Shown here piece by piece: positions 11,401 to 22,900 of a stretch of DNA of 64,000 nt. The DNA comes from Stylophora pistillata (lineage: Eukaryota): assembly GCF_002571385.2 (NCBI RefSeq), contig NW_019217852.1, forward strand, positions 698,960-762,959. The letters run 5' to 3'. Positions within the stretch are counted from its first letter, which is position 1. Every line of letters starts with the position of its first letter. The notes beneath the pieces were generated by a model that was not told where the DNA came from, did no database searches, and saw only the letters and a program-made list of their open reading frames with translations. The position numbers and the translations under genes were made by a program.

Positions 11401-13500
11401 CTCTCTACTGCGAGGATCGTGCATCATACGCATTTTGGTATTGTAGTTGCGTATCTTTATAAAATTAAAGATTATCTTGAAATAAACAGAAACCTATGCT
11501 GCATATTTCTTTTAATAAAAAATGTCTCGGATATTCGAGAAAGGTCTTGAAATTTTCTTTTAGGGGTATTTCTCTCGAACAGAGGGTGCTACGGTGGGTG
11601 GATAGCTAACTTACAATTTTGCTACTTCATCGCATCTAACTGGAAAAAGACATGGCATGAGGCGAGGGAAATTTGTGTTAAACGCCGAGGAAATCTAGTC
11701 AGCATTGGAAGCTTAGAGGAAGACGATTTCTTGGAAGAAGTGCTAAAGAAGACTAAAGAAGTATCAAGTTGTATATATATTGGATTGCAGACTGGTCATG
11801 TTAACTTAACACCGTCTTGGGAAGATAAAAATGTTTGGAAGTTCTCAAAACTCAGCACTAGATACGACCAAGAAAACAGCACTGATTTGTGTGCATACCG
11901 ATACTCGGATGGTTTGTGGTATCTGTCTAACTGTAGCGAGAAATGTGGCTTCATGTGCAAGAAATATAGAGGTGAGTCTTAAGAAACAAAATTACATAAA
12001 AAAAAAACTGCCCTTATATCATTACTTTTCTTGCCTACAACCAGCCAATCAATGGCTGGTTATGGTAAACTCGCGTCGTGTTTGATGGGTTCTTTTTCTG
12101 GGCGAGACATGTGTTCAGATTCACAACCTTTTGCTGGGCTTCAAGGAAATGTTTTACAGATAAGGCGCGGAAGCTATGGAAGGGAAGTAATAGTGGCTTG
12201 CTTCCTGGTTTTCCGGAGCTCCATGACATCCACGTTCCTATATCGAAAAATCAGCTTTAGGGCTATTAGCCTCACGTATGTTCAGTTTCTGATGCATGAG
12301 AAATAAGCCGTTGAAGAGGTCCTCTGTTTGAATCTAGAAGCCCATCTTCCTCTTCCTCCTTACTCTCAATATCATTTTTCGTTCACCGTAATTTTAGCGT
12401 GCATTTTTTTTTTCCTGTCTCGTAACTTTCCAAAAAGTTGAGTCTCATCAGTAGAAAGTTTACAGAAATTTATCTTGTCTTGACCCTTTAACTTCTAAAA
12501 ATGATTAACATGAACCCTCTCCTTATAATATTCATCTAGTATCCAGCAAACGGGTCATGAAAGTACTCAAACTTATCAGGTAAAAGTTGTCTAATACCAA
12601 ATTCTCATAACTAGGGAAATATGTAGCAGCTGGTAGGGAGAACCAACAATCAGTTCTTGGGAATAGTCCTTTTTACAGTTGTGGGCTTGGTGGCCAAGCC
12701 TTTGAACAGGAGTGAGGCTAAGGGTGAGCCTGTTGTGATAGAGACCTGTATCTAGTTAGCATGATAACAAAGTAATTTGCATTTGAAAAGCAGCAACATC
12801 TGTATCGTAACAAGGTCACCCTTAGCCTCACTCCTGTTCAAAGGCTTGGCCACCAAGCCCACAACTGTAAAAGGGACTATTAAAGATTTATTAGAATATC
12901 CGACACGAATCGAGTTTTGAAAAAAAAAAAAAAAACAAAGTAATCAAACGGCAAATCAGAACTGAGCCAGTTAATAAAAGAAGTTAACGAGTCGAGAGAT
13001 TAACATGCTAGACATGGTACGCTTAATCTTTGTCAAACACCCGAAAACCACAATAACCAGGTCGCGTTTGGTATCATTTTTGTTTTTAACTGAGCTCGGA
13101 ATGTGCCAACAGCGAAAAAAAGAAACTCAAATAGAGCCCTGAGTAAATTTTGCTCTTAATTGAAAAATTTCTCTTCATTGAACTGAATTTTTCATCCCTA
13201 ATTTGATGTTTTTTTTTTGTAGGTGGCTTATTTAAAAACGCCGAATTCCACTGTCGAGAGAGGAGATACAACCGCCAACTTGTAGGACACCGATTGTCGA
13301 TACGATGGGTGCAGAATGAGCTGAATTGTGCAATCGACTGCTTGCTTTATGGCGCAACATGTGCATCATACAACTATAAACAGAGCGACTCGTCATCAAA
13401 GAAGCAAAACATCTGCGAGCTTAACAACGAAAATCAGCATAAAAACCCCACGAGTTTGATTTACAGTAGTGGCTTTCAGTATTGCGAAAGGGTGTCATAA
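8499..13500 (+). CDS. Spliced mosaic protein: LamG/pentraxin-like (ConA-like) domain, C-type lectin-like domain, PAN/Apple domain
   Basis: Phase-consistent exons 8499-8588, 9292(or 9304)-9420, 9618-10002, 10427-10632, 11564-11971, 13223-13500(TAA); possible upstream exon ending at 7898. Motifs: HNWPLNE, GFSVTFW, WHHLALTW...LFING (LamG); CYGGW...CYF...TWHEAREIC...LVSI...YIGL...W...C...GFMCK (CTLD); CAIDCL...CASYNY...ICELN (PAN). AATAAA at 13721. Confidence 0.85.
10739..11137 (+). mobile_element. Full-length tRNA-derived SINE with a 15-bp target-site duplication
   Basis: A-box-like GGTGACCTCATGGTTGG, B-box GGTTCGAGCCC, central GGCAAGACACTTTAC...CAGTGCCTCTCT domain and ACTTTACCT tail. TSD TATATACAACAGATC at 10724-10738 and 11138-11152. 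Confidence 0.9.
10931..11031 (-). mobile_element. Short 3' end of a LINE (CR1/L2-like) nested in the SINE
   Basis: The minus strand has a stem-loop (GAGCTC TAT GAGCTC), AATAAA and a (GATT)n tail. It interrupts the SINE sequence GACTGGCATC|CCATCCA. Confidence 0.65.
11283..11435. repeat. Foldback interspersed repeat; related copies at ~320-385, 23315-23600 and ~28350-28470
   Basis: Inverted repeat TGCACGATCCTCGCAGTA (11335-11352) / TACTGCGAGGATCGTGCA (11406-11423). Shares ACCGCAGT and AGGCCTGAAAAAA-type motifs with the other copies. Confidence 0.7.
12480..12661. repeat. Interspersed repeat of the ACCCTTTAAC/AAATTCTC family; related copies at ~45760-45965, ~54070-54268 and ~55250-55445
   Basis: Shared blocks such as TACCAAATTCTC, GGAGAATATGCAT and AGGGTGTCAAGGG between copies. 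Confidence 0.55.
12662..12881. mobile_element. MITE with ~65-bp near-perfect terminal inverted repeats, nested in another repeat
   Basis: AATAGTCCTTTTTACAGTTGTGGGCTTGGTGGCCAAGCCTTTGAACAGGAGTGAGGCTAAGGGTGA at the left end and its reverse complement ending ...GGGACTATT at the right. Confidence 0.9.
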
Positions 13501-14501
13501 GATCGCCTCAGATCGTGCTGTTTCGATTCCAAAAGATGTTTTCTTTTCTGGACACATTTATCATAAATACACTTTCACTGCTTTCCTGGCTGATGAACTG
13601 CTCCTTGCAGTTTCATATATTTTGGCTTGCTGGTTTATTATTTGTTCTATTTCCTTAGGGACATTCCTCATTATTGCACTGCGCATCTTGTAATGCGGAT
13701 GTAAGTCACGTAATCAGGCGAATAAACGCGTGTGCATTCCGAGAACACGGTATCGTTTTTCAGTCAACACACTTTAGTTCTTTAACGAGCACGGGAACCT
13801 TTATTTTTTGTTGCATAATTATTGTGTTCAAATTATCCCCTTTGAATTGAAGGAATAAGAAAATATCGAAGGCAGAAAAAAAGATATCGCTAGAGGCGTG
13901 CACGTGCACGAAGCCCGTTAATCGAGGATGCAAATTATGACCTTGAAAGCAAGGACTCTGGGAACGTTTGAGTCGATGTCGTTTAGAACTGCGTGATATT
14001 TCCACGAATTATATGCAAATTATTCCATACGCTCGAGACTTTTTGCCTTCCAATTTTTTTTCAAATGTTACTCTACAAACCCCTGCCTCCAGTCACCGCA
14101 AAATGTACCGTGAACTGATGAAATCGCGCGCGTGATTGGTGCCGGTACTTACTGATGGGGTAAGTTTGACCCACAACATCTTTTAAACAAGCACGTCACG
14201 ATGACCTATCTTTTTTATTGTATTTTTCCAAATGAAAAAAATTGTCCGATAACTTTCTTTTTTGAGGAATCACGTTGACAGAATGATCTGCAGTGACGAG
14301 AAATCAGAATTGTAGGTGCGCTCCACCCTTAACAGAAGAAGTCTTTTTCTTTCACATCCTTATCCTTAAAAAAAATCCACGCTAGGCTACGATACACTTG
14401 TCTTTCAAGTGAGCCGAGTAGCTCAGGCAGCCAGACTATTCCAGGTTTTATAGAAAACGTAGTTCCCTTTCCCACTGGATGGGATGTTAGTCCAAAGCAA
14501 T

Positions 14502-16525
14502 CTCCCACACGAAACCTCTCCCCCTCCCCCAAGAGGGGGAAAGGCCGTTCATCCTCCCGGGTATGAGGTTAGTTTTCTTAGCAACACATCACATGACCCT
14601 AATTAGGACATTTCGATGCGAACTCTTGCGGGGGCTTCCGTTAGGCTATTGCGTCGCCTTGAACACGTTGTGTACAACCTTACTTTTGGTATTAAAAGAC
14701 CACTGTAGACGATTTAGGAAACTCCACTTTAAAATATATTTTGGGTTGCTTACGTTGTGTTGTCTGAAATGAGCTGCTATACTAAGTCAGCATTTTTCTC
14801 AACTTATATAACTTATAGTTCGTAACGATATATCTTTTTTTAAACTTCTCAAACTTTTAAAATGTTTGGTTAGAAAAATAACTACAAAAGTCTTCTTCAG
14901 TAAATTAACAACTCAACATACTATTGTAAAATAAAAATACTTATTTTCTTTAAATATATGTTTGTTTGATAAATTATGAAATAATTGCATTCATTTGATG
15001 GTAATTTTGTATCAGTGATAACCGTCCTCAAAATGAGAACGCACCTGGTTATGAGTAACTTACTCCGTTATAATATAATGCACGTTTCAAAAGAAACTAG
15101 TACAAGCCTTGACCGCTAATTTTGATTCTGACCGCTGAAAGCAAACAAGAGGAGGTTGCTGTCGGTCACGACTGGTCTGTGCACGTGCACAAAAAAATAG
15201 ACAAGCCATTGAGAAATTTACAGTGCTTTTAAATAACGTGCGAACTATAAAAAAGGAACATTTAGTGCCGTCAATCCATCGTCAAATCTCCCGAGAAACC
15301 AGTTAATTGTCAAAAATATTTGGAAAACGACTGTATTGTGATTAGAGGATCTCAATCCATTTGGTTTGTTTCTGAGTTTGAAGTCCGTTAAGATCAACAT
15401 CATACAATTTTGTATCTTTTCTCTGTGAAATGACCTTTTTAACAGGGGTGTATGCTGAGTATTCGTTGCAGAATCGCTTTGGTTCTCTTATCTCTCCCTT
15501 TGGCTTGTTCGCCATTTTGAAAATTTGCTCAGGAGGGCATCTCGGTTAGCGGCCGCGCCAGGCTGGAACCGACAAGAACAAATGTCCATCGCAGTGGGGA
15601 AACAGTTTGATATGCTCCCACACTAAACCTCTCCCCCTCCCCCAAGAGGGAGAAAGACTGTTCATCCTCCTGGGTAAGAGGTTAGTTTTCTTAGCAACAC
15701 ATCACATGACCCTAATTAGGACATTTCGATGCGGACTCTTGCGGGGGCTTCCGTTAGGCTATTGCGTCACCTTGAACACGTTGTGTACAACCTTACTTTT
15801 GGAATTAAGAAACCACTGTAGACGATTAAGGAAACTCCACTTTAAAATATATTTTGGGTTGCTTACGTTGTGTTGTCTGAAATGAGCTGCTATACTAAGT
15901 CAGCGTTTTCTCAATTTATATAACTTATAGTTCGTAACGATATATCTTTTTTTAAACTTCTCAAACTTTTAAAATGTTTTCTTAGAAAAATAACTGCAAA
16001 AGTCTTCTTCAGTAAATTAACAACCCAACATACTATTGTAAAATAAAAATACTTAGTTTCTTTAAATATATGTTTGTTTGATAAATTATGAAATAATTGC
16101 ATTCATTTGATGGTAATTTTGTATCAGTGATGACCGTCCTCAAAATGAGAACGCACCTGGTTATGAGTAACTTACTCCGTTATAATATAATGCACGTTTC
16201 AAAAGAAACTAGTACAAGCCTTGACCGCTAATTTTGATTCTGACTGCTAATTTTGATTCTGACCGCTGAAAGCAAACAGGAGGAGGTTGCTGTCGGTCAC
16301 GACTGGTCTGTGCACGTGCACAAAAAAATAGACAAGCCATTGAGAAATTTACAGTGATTTTAAATAACGTGCGACCTATCCAAAAGTAACATTTAGTGCC
16401 GTCAATCCAGAGTCAAATCTCCCGCGAAACCAGTTAATTGTCAAAAATCTTTGGAAAACGACTGTATTGTGATTAGAGGATTTCAATCCATTTGGTTTGT
16501 TTCTGAGTTTGAAGTCCGTTAAGAT
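14502..16525. repeat. Diverged ~0.9-kb direct duplication (14502-15394 and 15615-16525)
   Basis: Colinear copies with scattered substitutions and a 19-bp tandem expansion in copy 2 (~16226-16263), separated by a 220-bp spacer. Confidence 0.9.
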
Positions 16526-16971
16526 GTGTAAAGTTAGCATGAAACAAAATCTCAGGCTTGACTCTGAGTCTCCGACAAAGTTTACACGTAATTGGAGGGC
16601 GAACTTTAAAGACTACTATATAATTAAAGGTTAATATCGTATCAACAGTTTTTCAGGGATACCACAAGAGTTTGAATGAAGTTTTGGTAAGCCTTGCGAC
16701 TTTGCCCATTTCCCGCCAAACAAAAACATGTTTGTAATAAGAATGGATCCTACCTTTTCTCTAGCAAGGTAATAGGAATAGAGTTCATTCAAATAACAGA
16801 TGACGATTGCCAGTACAAGATCTATTCAAGGGTTTATCGTAATCCTTTTGTTTCATTAAATAGCCGTAACGTCCCAATGTTCATAACCGCTCCATACGCA
16901 TACAGTATATACGCTTAAGTAAAGCACGACCCAGCTTTTTGTATGTGAAGCAATTCGCTAACGGTCTTCGC

Positions 16972-19900
16972 TTATCTCCCTTTCTTGAACAATCCACACA
17001 ACTGGCAAGTGATGTGTGCATCCTCACTATAGTCAACACACACCTCATCGACGGTATCTTTACCAACAGAACCAACTCCGTTGAATGAGGAATTGTCGCC
17101 ATTAGCAGAGGTAGTTGAGTCTGCATCGCTCTTCTCTCTTCGAGATGAAACAAACTGGAATTTCTCGTCGAACGACATGTTATCGTAGCCTGAGAGCCTA
17201 TTTGCGATTTCAGTGATCTCCAGCTCCTGTTCAGTGGGTTGTTTCTTCGGAATGTCCATAGGGATTGATGCTAATAATTCACAAAGGTCCAGTTCGCTGG
17301 AATCCAAGTCAACTGTACGCCATTCTTCCTTTCTGGCATTCGGCTCTTCGTTATCTTGACCGATCAACAAGTGAGGCTTCTCTCGTCTTCTCTTCCCGGA
17401 AGAATTTCCTTCTGATTCATTGTCTACGTTTTCAAAAGTCACGTGTTTTTGGGACTTTCTCTTCTTTCCAGATGAACTTAGTTTGAGATCATCTATTTCC
17501 TCCTTGGACGAGTAACTGTTTGTAACGTCCCTAAATATAAGAAAGGAACTATGCAATACCGAACAGTCGACCCCACAAAAATCAAACCTTCAAGGGCAAT
17601 TGGAAAGCGCTCGAAGTACAGGAGGTTCGAAGTACAGGAGGTGAAATCTATAACACAAATGGAGTTAACTTGGGATAGCGTGCTGTTAGAGTTATTAAGG
17701 ATTCGTGTTATCGGTAGTCGATTGCTCTGCCGCCCAGAGCTTTAAAGGCAGGGTTTTATAAAGCACACCTTGAATGAAATAAAGACAAAAGACAAAACTC
17801 TACCAACATGTACACTGTACCAAATCAGTTGAGCAGTTGATCAGTTGAGTTTAGTGAGGTCCAAAGTATGCTTAATTAAAATAATGATGATGTCTTTTAG
17901 AACAGTCCCGCGTAACAACTATTTGTCCATGTATCTCGGAAGCTTACGTAAGTTATTATGGAAAGGGAAAACTCAGAATATTCAAGGCTATTGTGCCATT
18001 CGCTAACGATGACTGACACTAAATCGCAAGACACAACTTAAGCTCTTTTTTTTTATCAGAGAAAAGCTGCTGCATCGTGGGCTTCTCAAGCATTGAAGAC
18101 AAAAAAAAAAAAAATTAAAAGTACTTACATTTCGTCCACTAATGGTCTGGAGCTGATACATCTCTCAATTAATATTTTCCTTACATCCAGCTCGTCCTCC
18201 ACATCAGTAATCTTTCCTTTGATGCTGTCCAGTTCTTTTTCTAGTTTCTGTCTGTACTCCATGAACTCAAATATCTCTCCCTCAAGCCGAGAAGTATCCT
18301 GCATCTGAGATAAGAGTTTGCCTTTTAGCTGTTCTCTATTATCGTCTAGTTCAGTTGGCACTTTCAAAGCACAATGGTGACAGACAGAAAGGCCATTTTC
18401 ACACTCTTCCAGCTCATTTTGAAGGTCTGACCTTTCAGTTAACAGGTGTGCTATCTCGTCTTCCTTTGAAACAAGCTCACATGATAGCCGAGAGAGCTTG
18501 CACTCCAAATTGTCATACAAGAGACAAATGTCGTCATCATCGGCACCGATTCGACCTTCGTTGTTTAAATTTCTTTCTCGTACTAGTTCCTCCTTTAATC
18601 GTGACAGTAAACTAGACAACTTAACACGTTCTGCCCGACTAAGTCGCGGAAGCGTTGTATCATTGTTGGAATTTTCTGTGGAAGGATCACCAGCCAGTTG
18701 ACTTCTTACTTCGTGACTGCGCTCGATCTCCAGTTTTCCATCAGTGGTAAAGTTCGAAAGCTCGTACTTTCTGCCTAGCGAGTCCCTTATAGCGTGGACT
18801 TTCGCTTTCAACTCCTCGTGTGAGCGTAAGATTTCAGTTTTGTTCTCTCTCATTATGCTAACATCTGAGGGATTTAGAAAGCCTTCCTTATCCGGAAGAA
18901 GACGAAAAGTGAAGAGAGACTTCAATGAAAACAACTCATTGATATCGCTTCCAATTTCGCTACTCGATTCTTCCGTTCGGGTTGAAGTGTCATTCGAATC
19001 AATCGATGTTGGCCTTAGTCTATAGCGCTGAACAGTCTCCTCATCCAATCCAAGAAAACCAATTATCTTATCAACAGGAATGTTCAAATCTCTCTGCAAG
19101 GTCAACATACCATTTATGAGGCCGAGAACTTCCTGCTTAAGGTGATCAACCGTACGACTCGCCTCGATGATCCTTTTCTCTAGGGAAATTTTCTTTTCCC
19201 TGAGCTCCGTAAAATCTAATATTCCATGACCCACCTCGTTGCGCATGAATGCTGATTCTCTCTCCAAGTCAGTTAATCTCTTCTCTAAGGCGGCCTCGTT
19301 TTGTTTATGAGCGGCTATCTCCGACCGCATTTCCTTGGCCTTCTCGCTGCAAAATGCGGCATAGGTCCTTAAGGTAGTCGCCTCGGCTGATTTCAGGTTC
19401 ATTTCATGCAACAGGCATTCGTTATCTGAACGACACACTCGAAACGTTTTCTCAACAATGGACAAGTTGGCTTCAAGAGTTTTTATTTCTTGGATGAGTC
19501 TTTCATTCTCTTTCGCCATCTTTGAGTTTTCATGTTGAAGGTCATCAATTGTGGTTTGCAAATCGGTTTGCTCTCTTAAAAGAGTGTCTGTTTTCATATG
19601 TGTTGTTTCAATAATCTCGGGATGCTCCTCTCCAATTACTAAGGTCGAGGCTGTGGTATCGCTTTTAGAGTCTATTTCTGTAGGAGTTTCGTTTTCGTTT
19701 CTTGATCCCGTTTCACTTGCCCGAAGTCTCTCCACCTCTTGCTGAAATACCGACAGTTTTGCGAGTAATTTTTCTTCCGATTCGACGTATCTCCGGAGGC
19801 TCCGTTCCTGTTGAGCTTTGTCTCTCTCACTGTCGTCAAGTTCAGTTCGCAACTTGCACACCTCGCTTGACAGATCCACAGATTCATTTCGCAACTTCAA

Positions 19901-22900
19901 AATTTCATGGTCCCTTTCAAGTAAGTCCCTTTCCAGTTTTAAAGTGTTTTCTCTAAAAGATTTTAGTTCTAATGAAAGATTTGAATTCTCTTTTCGTAAC
20001 TTTTCCAGTCTGTCTGCAGTTCTTCCGGTTGAACTCCGTGCCATTTTTTCCTCTTTCCGAGAGAGCAATCTCTCTTGGAATTTACAATTTTCTACTTCGA
20101 GCGTTTGAGCTCTTTCACGCAGATCCAACTCGGTTTGTTTAGTTAAGAGTACTTCACGCTGTGAGAGGTGTAGTCGATCCTCCACATCCTTATTTCGAGC
20201 CTCGGCATTTTCCAACTTTTCTGTTAAAATTTTTATGTCGCCGCGCATGGCACTTCGAACATTCATGTCCATGTCTTTAACAGTCGAGTACTGCTGTTCT
20301 GCCTGTCGAAGTTTTGTCTCTAGCTCAAAGATTTTTTCGCCAAGTTCGCGACTACGCGTTTGAGCCTTTGTAAGCTTTTTTGTCATTTCTTTACAAAGTT
20401 CGGCGCGCAACCTTCGCTCATATTCCTTCACACTCAGAATTTTAACCTGCTGTTCTTTCACTTTAACCTCCAATTCAATTACTTTCTTTTCGAGGATTTT
20501 CTTCTGATCATTATCACTTTCATTCTCGTCGCTAGTCCGTGGACTTACGATGCCTCCAGATTCATTTAATCTGTCTTCCAGTTGAAAAACTCTTAGGCTG
20601 AGCGCTTTGTTCTCTGCAATCGAGTTTTCTAATTGCTTTGTTATTTTGTTACTCTCAAGTAGATCTGACCCCGTGAACGAAGCTAATTTTAGCTCGCACT
20701 GTTCACATTTATCCTCAAGTTGTTGTATTTTGAGTTGCAATTTTGCGCTTCGTTCCTCTGCATCGTCAGAACGTTTCCTTTCTTCAGAAAGCTGTACTCG
20801 AAGCTTCCTCTCTGTTTCTCTTAGAAATTCCATCTTTTGTTCTCTAAACTGAAGTTGATCCTCCAGCTCATCAACACGCACTAATAATTCGTTTGTTTCA
20901 AAATCCTTTTCTTCAATCTTGCTCCTTAAATCATTTTCCGCATTAGTTTCTGACTGCATCAAATGTTTTAGTTTCTTCTCACATCTTTGAAGCTTTTCCT
21001 CATAATCCAAAATCTTCAGAGTCAATTTACTTTTTTCCCCCTCGATCTGTTCATACCTTTTTCGTAACTCTTCGTTCTTTTCATACAAACGCCCGTTTTC
21101 GGCTTCGAGCTCCTCCATTGTGTTTTCCAAATGCACCGACAGTTTCTCGCGGCTGTTAGCGCTGTCACTCAAACTTTCAAGTACCACCCCTTCGTCGACG
21201 GATGTCAGTCGTCCTTCTCCGCTTTGCGTTCCTGACAAAGTTGGAGATGGAAGAAAGTCATCGCTAGACTGACTTGAACATTCGGCTGTCATGCCGCTGA
21301 TTCCTTAGGGATGAAATATAGCTCCGTCAAAGGAGAAGTATGCCTCAGAAATCACTGAGTTTTGTCTCTGCCCTTTTAATGTAGGTGTGAAACTTTTCTA
21401 TTTGCCATGTTTTAACGATTCCGAAGAGCCTCCTCGCCGTTTAGAAAATTTTCGGGAATCACAAAGCGCGGTTTACCGCAGATTCAGCTCTGGTTGTCGC
21501 CGACAAAAAAAAAAAAGGAAAAATCTCTTCTTGACTAAAGAATTTCTGTTCTTTTAGTTTTTCAAAAGAGTTTTTCAAAGAGTTCGGTAAGTGATCGAAA
21601 AACAAAAAGGAAAGAGGAAAAGTGAGTCTGTTCCGTCGAAGGCAAGTGGCCAGGCTCCCAATCAAGTTTTTAAACGATGACTTCTATGGCCGCACTTTTC
21701 GGAAGGAGACTATACTCTTTTAAATACAAAACCTGGTTAGTGTTAGAATTACAGGCATCCTTTTAAAGGCAGAGGCAAAAATCATATGGTTTTCGGATCA
21801 TACTTCTCTAAACGAACCTATGCTGCCCAACTTAAAAGAGAAGGCTCAGAGTACCAAAAAATGACTTTGGGAGTAAACTAAAACCAATGCAAAGAAATCC
21901 CAATGGAAAACCCAACAAGTGAAAAAGGTTTTAGTACATTGTAGTTGATGATGACTATGTGAGGCCAGTGGTTTCGGTTTCTTTGAATATTCGCTCCTCT
22001 TCTGGCGAAGAGGTAATATAATGCCGGAGAAACTTTCACATTCCTTTATTCATTTCTAAGGCAATGTAATACCTGAATAGTCAAACCGCGTTTGTTGTTG
22101 TGCTAAGCTTCTAATGCGGGACTCCATATCCGCCTTGTCCAACAGCAACAGACAGTTCAGAATGGCTTTGTCCATAAGCACATGACACAAGGACTGTTCG
22201 AGCTTCAATGGATCGACGGGAGTTCCATCGCCATCTTTACAGAGGAAAAAATTAGTTAAACATCAATGTGATGGAGTTAACTTTGAGAATGAAATATGTC
22301 CATGCTCTGGTCATTTCCTCAAGACAATCGTTTCCAAAGTGACTTTATGAGGAATCTTCCCTCATCAAAAATAATCAAAATTTCCTGGATATGCTCTGAC
22401 GTGGTCTTAAGACAGAAGACATCAGCATTCGCCCCTATTTTTTAACAATAGCAAATACTAGGCCTGTCCCGATTGTGTTCGTAAAACGGGAAACTTTCTC
22501 TCTGGAATGCAAAAAAGTTGTTAAAAAATTGCCAAAATTCCAAAATTTGTTTCCTAAATTTCTTGATTTAATTATAATGTGAGCATTAATATAAAGGCCG
22601 TATTTTTTGTTCTTCACAATAATTTTCGACATCTGCAAAAAATTATAGCTCAAAACTTAGCTTTAAAAGTCACTCGCAAATATGGGCGAAACTTAAGTAT
22701 ACTCTGAAAAGTAAAGGAACGAAGATAGCCTTTTTTGGGCGTCATTTTAACCGATTATCCGCTCTAATATTAGATGAGGATCGCAATAGGTCTTCGAAAC
22801 GTTGTCAAATGACAGCAATTGGGACAAGCCTAGCCAACACTGAATTCAGGGAGGGGGGGAAGGTAGAGGTGGAAGAACTTGTGCAGGGTATATAAAAAAC

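Noticed and set aside
14563-15885. Paired similar ORFs (69 and 92 aa)
   Set aside because: The similarity only reflects the DNA duplication; there are no recognisable domains or splice signals.
18093-20852. Multiple + strand ORFs antisense to the coiled-coil exon
   Set aside because: Shadow ORFs expected opposite E/K/L-rich coding sequence, with no motifs or splice support.
22770-22806. Third hammerhead-like motif (AGATGAGG...TCGAAACGTTG)
   Set aside because: The core lacks CUGA and the stems do not pair convincingly.
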